A DNA stretch of 64,000 nt, taken from contig OZ240245.1 in assembly GCA_965198175.1 (NCBI GenBank), positions 1,216,001 to 1,280,000 of the forward strand. Reading direction: 5' to 3'. The DNA is from Candidatus Poribacteria bacterium. GTDB lineage: Bacteria > Poribacteria > WGA-4E > PCPOR2b. The notes under the pieces were generated by a model that saw only the letters and a list, made by a program, of their open reading frames with translations, made no database searches and was not told the DNA's origin. Position numbers and translations under genes: made by a program. This document shows positions 40,839-51,159 of the stretch, one piece after another (positions within the stretch are counted from its first letter, which is position 1; each line of letters opens with the position of its first letter).

Positions 40839-42008
40839 ATGAAGGTTAATCCACAACATTTGATGGACGATGGCTATATCGTTATACGGGAGTGCATTCC
40901 GCGAGATCAGTTGGACGCCCTGCGCGATAATTATGAGACCCTAGTTGAACGCCAAGGTGGTCAATCTTGGTTAGCCACGAGTGCTCAGCCGAGGCTGGCG
41001 GCGCATAGCTTAGTTGACGAAGCCACTGCGAATACGGTTGAAATTTGGTTGCACGAAAACACCTTAGGTGTCAGCCAACAACTGCTGTGCCTGCCAGAAG
41101 CGGGAGTCACACGAATGTGGATGATGTGTAGTCCGACCCATGACCACGGGGCCTCTAACTGGCACCGAGATGTCCACCCCATTGATATGGCGCCACTACA
41201 GGCGCTCCAGATGGACATGCTAGAAAATATGCCCAGGTATCTTCAGTGGAACATCCCGCTCTACGATGATGACGTTTTTTGGGTGGTGCCCGGAAGTCAT
41301 CGCCGCCTGAATACGGACGCGGAGAACCAGCAGTTACTTGATAATACACGAGTGCCCTTGCCGGATAGTGTCCCTGTGAATCTCAAAGCGGGCGATGGGG
41401 TCGTGTATAGCAACTTCTTGCTGCACTGGGGCAGCAACTATAGCACGAACCTGAGACGTACACTGCATGGAGGGCATTCTATTTTCACACACTATCCGGA
41501 TCTGGGATTCACAAAGTCGCTTTCACCCGGCGCACGAGAACTGTTTGAAGGCTGGGCACGGCGAAGTGCAACACTGCAGAACTTGACGGAATCAGCGCTT
41601 CGGGCAATCCTCGACAGAGATGCGGGCGCTTATCGTGAAGCCCTCGAAGGAATCCAGCCGGGCGCTGGGGAAAGGGGCAAGCTAGTATTGACTATATATC
41701 TCTGCAAAGCGGCGTATCACATACATATCTTGAAACGCTCGGACTTCGATAGTCTGCCCGAGGAAGTTCGTAGGCGTGCTAGTGGGGAACACATGATTAC
41801 CCTCAACTGGGGACCGGAATTCAGCAATCGATTCTCACAAGTGGAGGCTGATACGCTCTGGAAGCGATTCGAGACTTTGGACAAAAGACTCCAGGGGGGC
41901 CAAGAGTGTTTCGTACCGGGTTTTCAGTCGGGGCCAATGCGCTACTTTTTCGAAGAGATGCCTACTGATTTCGGCGTAGAAGAGTTTATTGCTAGTTGGG
42001 ACACTTAG
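40839..42008 (+). CDS. PhyH-like 2OG/Fe(II) dioxygenase with C-terminal extension
   Basis: DDGYIVIR, WHRD, WNIPLYDD..WVVPGSH and LHWGSNY. Confidence 0.8.
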   Translation: MKVNPQHLMDDGYIVIRECIPRDQLDALRDNYETLVERQGGQSWLATSAQPRLAAHSLVDEATANTVEIWLHENTLGVSQQLLCLPEAGVTRMWMMCSPTHDHGASNWHRDVHPIDMAPLQALQMDMLENMPRYLQWNIPLYDDDVFWVVPGSHRRLNTDAENQQLLDNTRVPLPDSVPVNLKAGDGVVYSNFLLHWGSNYSTNLRRTLHGGHSIFTHYPDLGFTKSLSPGARELFEGWARRSATLQNLTESALRAILDRDAGAYREALEGIQPGAGERGKLVLTIYLCKAAYHIHILKRSDFDSLPEEVRRRASGEHMITLNWGPEFSNRFSQVEADTLWKRFETLDKRLQGGQECFVPGFQSGPMRYFFEEMPTDFGVEEFIASWDT

Positions 42009-42059
42009 GGGACGCTTGTAGAAGTAATGGAACACTTCGTCACAGAAGGAGCTCTGGAA

Positions 42060-43205
42060 TTGAAAATCATCAAGGTTGAACATTTTTTTCCGCGTCAGCG
42101 GGCACGTCTAGTTAAAATCACGACCGACAAAGGCATTGTGGGATGGGGCGAGGCAACGCTTGAAGGCAAACCCAAGAGCACAAAGGTTGCTGTTGAAGAA
42201 CTAGCGGACTATCTGATCGGTAAAGACCCGTTGCGGATTGAGCACCATTGGCAATATATCTACCGGTCAGCGTTCTATCGAGGCGGCAACGTCCTGATGA
42301 GCGCATTGTCTGGTATCGATCAGGCATTGTGGGACATCGCTGGGAAACACTACAGTGTGCCGACCTACAAGTTATTGGGCGATGCTGTGCGAGATCGCAT
42401 TCGGGTCTACGCCCACTGGGGCATTGACAGTATGACCGACGAAGGCAAAGCCCGTGCGAAGGAACGTCTCGAAACGCTTCAGAAGCAGGGAGGCTACAGA
42501 GCTTTCAAGTCCGGTCCGGGTGGCAAGTGGCGGGGGCATGAACCGCCGGCAGTTATTGACGCGTTTGTCGAGCGAGCCTATTTGATGCGAGAGTGGGTCG
42601 GTCCTGATGTAGAACTTGCCTTTGATTTCCACGGCAAGATGACACCCGCGCTTGCAATTGAAATCTGCCACGAATTAAGAGGTATGCGCCCGATGTTCGT
42701 AGAGGAACCAGTACCCCAGGAAAACATAGATGCGCTGAAACTCGTCTCGGACCATGTCACCTTTCCGATTGCTACAGGCGAACGCCTATTGACGCGGTGG
42801 GAATTCCGCGAAATCTTTGAAAAACAAGCAGTAGCCTATATCCAGCCGGATGTCTCTCATGCCGGCGGTATCACGGAACTCAAAAAGATTGCCAACATGG
42901 CTGAAGTCTACTATATACATATCGCGCCCCATTGTGCGATTGGGCCGGTGGCGTTTTCAGCGTCGTTGCACCTTGATGCAGTAGTGCCGAACTTTTTGAT
43001 TCAGGAGCAAACAGACTGGGCTATGGGCTCTGGTTTGTTGAAAGAAGATTGGCGAGTTAAAGATGGTTACGTCGAGTTGCCGACGAAACCAGGACTTGGC
43101 TTTGAAATTGACGAAAAAGCGGCTGAACAGAATCTCGACACCTACGAAGAAGAGTTGGGCGGCGAACACTATCATGAGTCAGATGGTAGTTTGGTGGATT
43201 GGTAG
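42060..43205 (+). CDS. dgoD: Galactonate dehydratase (enolase superfamily)
   Basis: GWGEATLEG, IEHHWQ..YR..FYRGG, DFHGK, FVEEP, IATGERL and QPDVSHAGGI; GAAGGAG RBS before TTG 42060. Confidence 0.85.
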   Translation: MKIIKVEHFFPRQRARLVKITTDKGIVGWGEATLEGKPKSTKVAVEELADYLIGKDPLRIEHHWQYIYRSAFYRGGNVLMSALSGIDQALWDIAGKHYSVPTYKLLGDAVRDRIRVYAHWGIDSMTDEGKARAKERLETLQKQGGYRAFKSGPGGKWRGHEPPAVIDAFVERAYLMREWVGPDVELAFDFHGKMTPALAIEICHELRGMRPMFVEEPVPQENIDALKLVSDHVTFPIATGERLLTRWEFREIFEKQAVAYIQPDVSHAGGITELKKIANMAEVYYIHIAPHCAIGPVAFSASLHLDAVVPNFLIQEQTDWAMGSGLLKEDWRVKDGYVELPTKPGLGFEIDEKAAEQNLDTYEEELGGEHYHESDGSLVDW

Positions 43206-43649
43206 CGGGTTGTTCAAATCAACGCCGTTTCACTCCACTCAATCCACACGTCCCTAGATTCTCACGCAACCCAGATAATCATGAGTAGTTTGTGTTAACA
43301 GAAACTGCCAACCGATTTAGAAACCTTTTGGCTGAGCGTTCGACGACTCGACTTAATCTCGCCGAACGGTTGGGTTCATCTGAAACGCTCACAGCAGTCT
43401 CAATCGAGTTGTCGAAGCCGAGTCTTTGAGGAAAAATCTCACATCCCCGAAATCTTTCTACGGGTTTGAGCCGTTCTTACCCTTTCCAAATGTCGTTCCA
43501 ATTTCTCTCAAAACGGCATTCCAAAAAATGTCTGAATAAAAACCACACAATATTCCAGTTTCTTCCAACCATTTCCCTTCCCCACCCGCATCTCACTTCA
43601 CATTTCACGTATCAGCCAAGTACAGCATATCTTTAGAACGGGGACCGCT

Positions 43650-45623
43650 ATGATAGAAAAATCCGACCACAGTCAAAAATACCCCACCGCATTGGCTTGT
43701 AGGAACAATCTGAAATCGTTTGGCGCAAGCTGGCGAGCGATATCGATTGGTCTCCTTTTGATACCGGTTAATGTCTATTGGGTAATACAGATAGAAGGAG
43801 TATGGTATGCCGGGATGATTACGCTGATATCGCTGTTTATGAACACAACTATCAGCTTGCTGTTAATCATCCTTATTAACCTCTGTCTTCGACGAATGTC
43901 TCTAAGGGCATCATTAAGCCAAGCGGAACTGCTAACGATCTTCATCATGTTGAACCTTGGTGCTTCTATCGCTTCCCACGATTTTATACAGGTGCTTTTT
44001 GCAGGCATCTCCCACCTATTCTGGTTTGCTACCTCTGAGAATGAGTGGTATCAGTTGTTCACATACATTCCGGAATGGCTGACCGTGCGCGACAAGCATG
44101 TTCTCAATGGATTTTATAATGCGGATTCAACATTGTACACAGCCCGAAACCTTTCGACATGGCTGACGCCTTTCATCTGGTGGACGGCTTTTATTTGTAC
44201 CCTGTTATTGATGATGTTGTGCATCAATATCCTCGTGAAGAGGCAGTGGACCCAAAGGGAGAAACTGGTGTATCCCATCATCCAATTGCCACTGTCTATG
44301 ACGGAAGACGGTGGCTCGATGATGCTCTTCAAAAGCAGCGTGTTGTGGATAGGTTTCGGTATAGCGGCTGCCGTTGACATTATCAACAGTTTAAACTTTT
44401 TTTTCCCCTCTGTGCCACATTTGTCAATCAGATTTAATAATATTGGTCATCTATTCACAGCCAATCCCTGGAGCGCAATCGGTTGGATGCCCTTCACTTT
44501 CTATCCCTTTATCATTGGTCTTAGTTTCTTCTTGCCGCTGAATCTCTCTTTTTCAATCTGGTTTTTCTATCTGTTTCGCAAAGCACAGCGGGTTTTCTCA
44601 GCTACTTTCGGCTTGCAGAGCGTACCGAATTTTCCTTTTCTCAACGAACAATCCTCTGGTGCGTGGATTGGTCTTACGCTTGTTCTAATATGGGTGACCC
44701 GCAAACATCTCAAAGCAGTAATTTGGACGGTGTTTAATGACAAGACTGCCGAGGATGATTCCCAGGAGTCCCCATCTTACCGATGGGGGATGTTAGGGAT
44801 TTTCTGCTGCGGAGTATTTTTGCTGTTCTTTTCATATCGAGCGGGTATGTCCATCGGTATCATTATCCTGTTCTTTTCGCTGTATTTTGCGCTTGCCACA
44901 GCCATCGCACGGATGCGAGCGGAGTTGGGACCACCATTTCATGAACTCACTTATGTGACACCTCAGAATATATTAACCGATGTGATGGGAACACGCCGAC
45001 TTGGTGCGCGTAACTTGACGATGTTTTCCGTTTTTTGGTGGTTTAACCGGTCCTGGCGCAGTCATCCAATGCCGCATCAACTTGAGGGGTTCAAAATGGC
45101 TGAACAAACCGGAATGTCTACAAAACGTATTGTCCTTGCCATGACGCTCGCCATTTTTGTTGGGACTGTCGCCAGTTTTTGGATTATGCTTGATGGATGC
45201 TATCGACGCTTAAATCTGCCGCTCAAATGGTTTGGAGGTGTGATATATAGCCAATTAGATTCGCGGATGGGTAATCCAACGGGGCCTAATTTTCCCGCGT
45301 TGGGCGGGATGGGCGTCGGATTCACGCTAACCCTGTTTCTCATGTTCATGCGAAGACAATTTATCTGGTGGCCACTTCACCCAGCGGGATACGCCCTTTC
45401 GACCAATCTTATTGGCACCGACTATATCTGGTTCTGCCTCGTCCTAAGTTCCTCAGTAAAACTGGTTCTCATTAGGTATGGTGGATTGAGGCTATACCGA
45501 AAAGCAATTCCGTTCTTTATCGGTTTGGTTTTGGGAGAATATGTCGTTGTCACCGTCTTGAATACGATAAGCATAATCTTTAAGACCCAGACCTACGTTT
45601 TCTGGATTTATCAATTTTGGTAG
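43650..45623 (+). CDS. Polytopic membrane protein (DUF6785/DUF6784-like putative transporter)
   Basis: Many TM helices; RQW...EKL.YPIIQLP, RMRAELGPP.H, HPMPHQLEGFK and WWPLHPAGY. Confidence 0.7.
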   Translation: MIEKSDHSQKYPTALACRNNLKSFGASWRAISIGLLLIPVNVYWVIQIEGVWYAGMITLISLFMNTTISLLLIILINLCLRRMSLRASLSQAELLTIFIMLNLGASIASHDFIQVLFAGISHLFWFATSENEWYQLFTYIPEWLTVRDKHVLNGFYNADSTLYTARNLSTWLTPFIWWTAFICTLLLMMLCINILVKRQWTQREKLVYPIIQLPLSMTEDGGSMMLFKSSVLWIGFGIAAAVDIINSLNFFFPSVPHLSIRFNNIGHLFTANPWSAIGWMPFTFYPFIIGLSFFLPLNLSFSIWFFYLFRKAQRVFSATFGLQSVPNFPFLNEQSSGAWIGLTLVLIWVTRKHLKAVIWTVFNDKTAEDDSQESPSYRWGMLGIFCCGVFLLFFSYRAGMSIGIIILFFSLYFALATAIARMRAELGPPFHELTYVTPQNILTDVMGTRRLGARNLTMFSVFWWFNRSWRSHPMPHQLEGFKMAEQTGMSTKRIVLAMTLAIFVGTVASFWIMLDGCYRRLNLPLKWFGGVIYSQLDSRMGNPTGPNFPALGGMGVGFTLTLFLMFMRRQFIWWPLHPAGYALSTNLIGTDYIWFCLVLSSSVKLVLIRYGGLRLYRKAIPFFIGLVLGEYVVVTVLNTISIIFKTQTYVFWIYQFW

Positions 45624-45852
45624 ATACCTCTTTAACTTCGCTTTCATCCGGACTAACCGATTACAAACTGATTACAATTGAAACCGTTCTCGTGACGGGC
45701 GCTATTCTGTCAGTTGATGCTGGCTAGTCCACATCCTACCGGTTGCGAGCCGGGGCATGGCCGAATTCATGCTCATTGTAGATAGGAGCAGGAATGCTCA
45801 AGAATCTCCTCAAGATCTTGAGATGTCCTCGCGTTAATCTCAAGTGAATTGT

Positions 45853-45881
45853 TTGCACATTCTACAGGAAAGTGATACAAT
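45853..45881 (+). promoter_or_regulatory. Candidate sigma70 promoter
   Basis: TTGCAC-17 nt-TACAAT with TG extension; palindrome CTCAAGATCTTGAG just upstream at 45809-45822. Confidence 0.45.
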
Positions 45882-45994
45882 CTCAACCGACAATCGAACT
45901 TGGCAGATACCACACCACGAAAGCATTCTGGATAAAAGGACCGCCGATACAATTTTTTCAGTTGGCTGAAGTTTCAGCCGAAGGGAAGCATTCA

Positions 45995-46315
45995 ATGACC
46001 AGCTTACTTGACCTCCAGAAACGAATTGCTGATGAACGCGAGAAACGTGGTTTTGTTACAGAGCCTATCAAGATAGCCCTGCTTCTGTCCGAGGAGGTTG
46101 GGGAAATCGCCTCAGAAATCAAACGCCTTTGGTCTAAAAACTACGACCAATTTCGCGCTGATCGGCTTGAAGAGGAGATAGCTGACACCTTCGTTGTGCT
46201 CGTGGCTTTAGCAGATCAATTTGATATTGACATTGAGGAAGCTGTTGAAAGAAAGTTTTTCGATAAAGATGCGCAAAGGGAATGGAAATCCTCCCAAGTC
46301 GGTACATTAGCATAA
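45995..46315 (+). CDS. MazG-like nucleotide pyrophosphohydrolase
   Basis: LSEEVGEIA...LEEEIAD. Confidence 0.85.
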   Translation: MTSLLDLQKRIADEREKRGFVTEPIKIALLLSEEVGEIASEIKRLWSKNYDQFRADRLEEEIADTFVVLVALADQFDIDIEEAVERKFFDKDAQREWKSSQVGTLA

Positions 46316-46339
46316 GACATCGCAAGAGAGCCAAGAGGA

Positions 46340-46972
46340 ATGAAAGTGAATGGAGTTGTTGAGAAAGTTACCGCATTTGTAACACGGGAGAGGGATGGGG
46401 TGAGAGAGCTACTCGTGTTCAAGCATCCGAAGGCAGGTATTCAAATCCCCGCAGGGACAGTTGAAGACGGTGAAAATCCTGAAACAGCGGTAAAGAGGGA
46501 AGTTTATGAAGAAACCGGCCTACAGAATGTAAAAATTGAAAAATCCCTGGGCTATATTGAAAATAAGTTGGAAGAGGGGGAAAGGATAATAGCGCAAGCT
46601 ACCCAGGTGTATATCAAACCAAATTTAAGCTCAATCCCCTACAAGGAAAAGCTGACTAGAGGGCTCACTGTCGATTACAATTCCACGCACAAAGATTTCA
46701 GCTACGTTTCATACGTTGAATACGACAGATTTCCCAATCCGACATGCGTCCTCTATAATATTACAGGATGGGTTCCGAATGAGAACCTAAGTTCGCAAAA
46801 AGCGAGACATTTTTTCCAGCTAACTACACTGAAAGAGACGGTAGATGAGTGGGAAGTGAAAAGCGATAGAGACCATATTTTCAAGCTGTATTGGACACCG
46901 CTTTCACCGAAGCCTCGTATTGTGTCTCAGCAGGACAAGTGGTTGGATTTCGTCTACGAGAAGATTCATTAA
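46340..46972 (+). CDS. NUDIX hydrolase
   Basis: Nudix box GTVEDGENPETAVKREVYEETGL. Confidence 0.9.
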   Translation: MKVNGVVEKVTAFVTRERDGVRELLVFKHPKAGIQIPAGTVEDGENPETAVKREVYEETGLQNVKIEKSLGYIENKLEEGERIIAQATQVYIKPNLSSIPYKEKLTRGLTVDYNSTHKDFSYVSYVEYDRFPNPTCVLYNITGWVPNENLSSQKARHFFQLTTLKETVDEWEVKSDRDHIFKLYWTPLSPKPRIVSQQDKWLDFVYEKIH

Positions 46973-47075
46973 GTGGTCTATGGCTGCTTTTAGGCGTTAG
47001 GCTCGGAGCAAACCTTTGGTCGACTTGAAACCTTCCAAATATTGAAGTCATACTAATTTTCATGGGAGAACAGGT

Positions 47076-48812
47076 ATGCCGTTTACAACACGCCCCGTGC
47101 TGATGGGTACACACGGCATGGTGACAGCGGGACACTATCTCGCGGCAGCAGCGGGATTCCGAATGCTTGAAAGAGGAGGCAACGCGATCGACGCGGGCGT
47201 TGCTGCGGGATTGGCGGTTAATGTCCTCGAACCGCAATCAAACGGAATTGGCGGTGAAGCCCCCATCTTAATCTATTCGGCGCGTCAAAAGCAAGTCTAT
47301 GCGATCAATGGACAAGGGTACGCTCCAAAAGCCTCCACAATTGATTGGTTCAAATCGCGAGGGATAGATATCATCCCAGGTGATGGATTTTTATCAGCGA
47401 CAGTCCCCGGCGCATTTGGCGCGTGGTTAACAGCCTTGCAGCACTTTGGGAAACTCAGTCTAAAAGACGTGCTGACACCAGCAATTGAATTGACGGCAGA
47501 AGGTTTCCCGGTGTATCCTGAGCTGCACAGTGCAATTGACAGTCTTGCAGATAGATTCCGGGATGTATGGCCAAGCTCAGCGAGGGTTTATCTACCCCAT
47601 AATCGCTCACCAGCGGTTGGCGAACTCTTCCGCAACGTGGACTGGGCAAACACGTTCAAAGGCGCAATTGATGTCGAAATCAGAAATCGGCGTCGCGGAC
47701 GCGAAGCGGCAATTGAAGCCGCGCGCGACTACTTCTACAAGGGAGAAATTGTCGAAAGAATTGTCGAATTTACCCAGCGTACGAAGATTCGCGATGCCAG
47801 CAATCAGGAAAATTATGGTTTGCTTGCACCGGATGACTTTCAGGTGTATCAAACGAAAGTCGAAACTCCCGTAACACTGAGCTATCGCGGTTACGATGTT
47901 TACAAGTGCAATACATGGTGTCAAGGCCCCGTTTTCCTGCAACAGTTGGCGTTGCTTGAAGGATATGACCTTTCATCAATGGGGTACAACTCGGCTGACT
48001 ATATTCACACCGTGGTTGAATCTGGAAAACTCGCCTTCGCGGATCGGGAGAGATATTACGGAGACCCAGATTTTGTCACGGTGCCACTAAATCGATTGCT
48101 CTCGAAAGCGTATGCTGCAGAACGGCGCCAGCTCATCAGTCCGGAAGAGGCGTCAATGGAGCTCCGCCCCGGTGATGCACCGCCGATTCAACTGGAATCC
48201 GGAGAAACGCATCCAAACGGCTATACGGGTGATACTACCCATCTAGATGCTATCGACTGTGAAGGCAACATGATCGCTGCTACACCAAGCGGTGGTTGGA
48301 TTCCGTCCTCGCCCGTTATTGAGGGATTGGGATTTCCTTTAGGGACGCGGGGACAGATGTTCTATCTGGATGTCAATCACGCGAATGCACTTGCCCCGCA
48401 CAAACGCCCACGCACAACGCTGACCCCCTCTCTCGTAATGAAAGATGGGGAACCGTTTATGGTTTTCGGGACTCCAGGGGGCGATTGCCAGGATCAGTGG
48501 ACGTTGCAGTTTTTCCTTAACTTCGTCGATTTCGGTATGAATCTACAAGAAGCCATTGACGCACCGAACTTTCACACACGCCATTTCCCAAGTTCTTTCT
48601 ATCCACACAACGCCGAGCCCGGAAGCGTTGTCCTTGAAGGACGTATTCCTGAATCGGTGCGGGCTGAACTTGCAGATCGCGGACATCAAATCTCGGTTGC
48701 AGAAGATTGGAGTCATGGACGGGTGCTCGGCATCACCTTTGATTCAAAGACCGGCTTGATTTCCGCGGGTGCATCGCCCCGTGCTCAGATAGCTTATGCG
48801 ATGGGGCGATGA
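47076..48812 (+). CDS. Gamma-glutamyltransferase family protein
   Basis: GGNAIDA, TVPG, KLAFADRERYYGDP, DTTH nucleophile, KRPRTTLTP and GTPGGD. Confidence 0.92.
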   Translation: MPFTTRPVLMGTHGMVTAGHYLAAAAGFRMLERGGNAIDAGVAAGLAVNVLEPQSNGIGGEAPILIYSARQKQVYAINGQGYAPKASTIDWFKSRGIDIIPGDGFLSATVPGAFGAWLTALQHFGKLSLKDVLTPAIELTAEGFPVYPELHSAIDSLADRFRDVWPSSARVYLPHNRSPAVGELFRNVDWANTFKGAIDVEIRNRRRGREAAIEAARDYFYKGEIVERIVEFTQRTKIRDASNQENYGLLAPDDFQVYQTKVETPVTLSYRGYDVYKCNTWCQGPVFLQQLALLEGYDLSSMGYNSADYIHTVVESGKLAFADRERYYGDPDFVTVPLNRLLSKAYAAERRQLISPEEASMELRPGDAPPIQLESGETHPNGYTGDTTHLDAIDCEGNMIAATPSGGWIPSSPVIEGLGFPLGTRGQMFYLDVNHANALAPHKRPRTTLTPSLVMKDGEPFMVFGTPGGDCQDQWTLQFFLNFVDFGMNLQEAIDAPNFHTRHFPSSFYPHNAEPGSVVLEGRIPESVRAELADRGHQISVAEDWSHGRVLGITFDSKTGLISAGASPRAQIAYAMGR

Positions 48813-48871
48813 TAAGGAAACGACTCTCTCACTACATCATAAATGTGAAATCCATAATTGGAGGTATAAAG

Positions 48872-50344
48872 ATGTGTTTAAGACAAGAGCGCCGCCAATT
48901 CAGGCGAGGACAGGAAGTTCCAATTCTAATTTTTGCTATCTTTTGGGTAGGATTAGCTTTTATATCGGAGACTCAAGCAGCACACAATTGGACGGAGCAG
49001 ATTGCTGCCTTCAAACCGATGGTTGTGAACGTGGAAACCTCTTCGGAAGTTGTATTTGAAGCGGAATCGAAGGGTACAAGCTTCGCCACCGGTTTCATCG
49101 TTGACGCTGAACGTGGGATTATCGCAACCAATCGGCATGTCACTGGCAGCAGTCCATCGTACGTCAAGATTAATTTTTACGATGGTAGTTTTACAGAAGC
49201 GGAGGTACTCTACTATGATCCGACGCACGACTTCGGTTTTTATCGAATCAACTCGGCAGAGGTGCAGTTTGAGTTGCAAGCTGTGGGAATGAACTCGTGG
49301 CGCAGCCTTGCTTTGGGCGATGAATTGCTTCTGATTGGCAACAACGAGAAGGAGGAGTATTCAATCAAATTTGGCACCGTTGCAAATCTTAACGTCAACA
49401 AAGGCGATCGGCACTCAAGTTACATCCACACGACGTTTGATCGCACAGGCGGGGCTAGTGGAAGTCCTGTCTGGAACACGAACGGAGAGGTCATTGCCAT
49501 CCATGCACGCGGGACAGATACTTCAAGTTTTGAGTTGCCAATCGACTATTTGACGGACGCCCTAGCGAAAATTCAAAATCAGATTCCGATTCAACGTGGG
49601 GAAATCGGGGTAGATTTGGAACTAATCTCCATCGGTGAGGCGATTAAGCATTTCAGACTGCCGGAATCATCGCGTGTGGAAATTGGACCCTCAGAGATGG
49701 GAACGCCTAAAGTCATTCAGATTGAATCAATTATTCCTCGGACAACTGGCGAGAAACATCTACGGGCTTCCGATATTGTCTATCGAATCAACGAGAAACT
49801 TATCCGCGATGAGCTATATACTTTCGACGCTATTTTGAATGAAAGTGTGGGGCAAAATGTGACGTTGGACATTTATCGTAACGGGCAGGCAATGTCGGTT
49901 GAGATGCCGGTCGAAGACCTCGAGTTGAAGAAAATCCGCCGGTTTGTTCGATTTGCAGGTTCAATCTTTCACGACATCACGCCTAGTCTGAGACGGATGC
50001 TTTACTTCGAGGCGGATGGCGTTTATTTGACCCATGCGGTTGCAGGCAGCAGTTTCTCACGTATCGGGATGCGCGAGCGCAATGGCAATTCGAAAGTGGT
50101 CATTTTGGAAATTAATGGGCGACCAATTCGAGGTTTGGACGATTTTATTGATGCCTGTAATGAGATTTCGGATGGACAACACACGTATGTGGTCATCCGC
50201 GATTTCAATCTGTTTGACAGCTCACCAACCCCCAAGAGTGTGACAGTGAACCTGAAGTTCGGTCCGCTACAGGTGTTTTTGTGGAATGAGCACATTCTTG
50301 ACTGGGAAGAAGCGGGGATTGAGGATCAAACTGCGACAGAATGA
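48872..50344 (+). CDS. HtrA-family serine protease with PDZ domains (Nma111/Deg7-like)
   Basis: ATGFIVDAERGIIATNRHV, YDPTHDFGF and GGASGSPV; GGAGG RBS; signal peptide. Confidence 0.85.
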   Translation: MCLRQERRQFRRGQEVPILIFAIFWVGLAFISETQAAHNWTEQIAAFKPMVVNVETSSEVVFEAESKGTSFATGFIVDAERGIIATNRHVTGSSPSYVKINFYDGSFTEAEVLYYDPTHDFGFYRINSAEVQFELQAVGMNSWRSLALGDELLLIGNNEKEEYSIKFGTVANLNVNKGDRHSSYIHTTFDRTGGASGSPVWNTNGEVIAIHARGTDTSSFELPIDYLTDALAKIQNQIPIQRGEIGVDLELISIGEAIKHFRLPESSRVEIGPSEMGTPKVIQIESIIPRTTGEKHLRASDIVYRINEKLIRDELYTFDAILNESVGQNVTLDIYRNGQAMSVEMPVEDLELKKIRRFVRFAGSIFHDITPSLRRMLYFEADGVYLTHAVAGSSFSRIGMRERNGNSKVVILEINGRPIRGLDDFIDACNEISDGQHTYVVIRDFNLFDSSPTPKSVTVNLKFGPLQVFLWNEHILDWEEAGIEDQTATE

Positions 50345-50356
50345 ACGTCAAGTAAA

Positions 50357-51103
50357 TCACTGGATCTTTAACGAAGTGACACTTGATTCGATCTCCGCGG
50401 TCCCCCGGAGTGAATTCAAGGGCAGATAAATCTTGTTTAGTTTGTCCTCCATTTTGCTACGCATGAATTCAATCTCTTCTCGTAATTGAGCGACTGCCTG
50501 CTGTTTTTCGGAAGCGGGCAGTTTGGGGGATTTCTGTATGGCTGCGACCTCACGTTCATACTCAAGAATTTGAGGCGACTGATCCCGCAACGATTCTCGA
50601 TAGACTTTCAGATTCATTAATACCTGTAACGTGTAATCGCCCGGTTCTAGTTTGTAATAGGTATTCAGATTCTCCAATAAGGCTTCCCGAACTGTTCCCG
50701 CCTTCAAATCCACCCCTCGAATGCAACTGACATGGTTGCCATTCCGCATCAGGGTTTTGGGTTCATCCGCGAGGGCGATTGGATGCTTAGGTTTAACGAT
50801 TTCATCCATCTCGTTCTTGACGACTAAGTTTGTAAATGCGCCTTTCCCTTCAACAGCGGCATAAGGCACAAGCAGATCGAATTTCCCCACTTGTATTGTC
50901 ATCTCAAGAGGAATTGCCTCATCAACGGCATAGATGGGTTTCGATGATGATAAGTGGAGTTCCAAAATTGTTGGAGGCTTTTCTGCCGGAGTGGCTTGCA
51001 TCTGCACTGACGTTTCGGACTTTCCACCCAAACAACCGATTACAAAGAAACTACAAATGACAAGACAAATAAAAAGTGGATTCGGATAAGATCGGTCTTT
51101 CAT
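50357..51103 (-). CDS. Hypothetical lipoprotein
   Basis: AAGGAG RBS; hydrophobic stretch ending in lipobox-like VIGC. Confidence 0.6.
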   Translation of the reverse strand: MKDRSYPNPLFICLVICSFFVIGCLGGKSETSVQMQATPAEKPPTILELHLSSSKPIYAVDEAIPLEMTIQVGKFDLLVPYAAVEGKGAFTNLVVKNEMDEIVKPKHPIALADEPKTLMRNGNHVSCIRGVDLKAGTVREALLENLNTYYKLEPGDYTLQVLMNLKVYRESLRDQSPQILEYEREVAAIQKSPKLPASEKQQAVAQLREEIEFMRSKMEDKLNKIYLPLNSLRGTAEIESSVTSLKIQ

Positions 51104-51159
51104 TGTGTTCTCCTTGTTCAAACCTTAGGAAGGTTCGAAACATTTGTCACCTCGCACCT

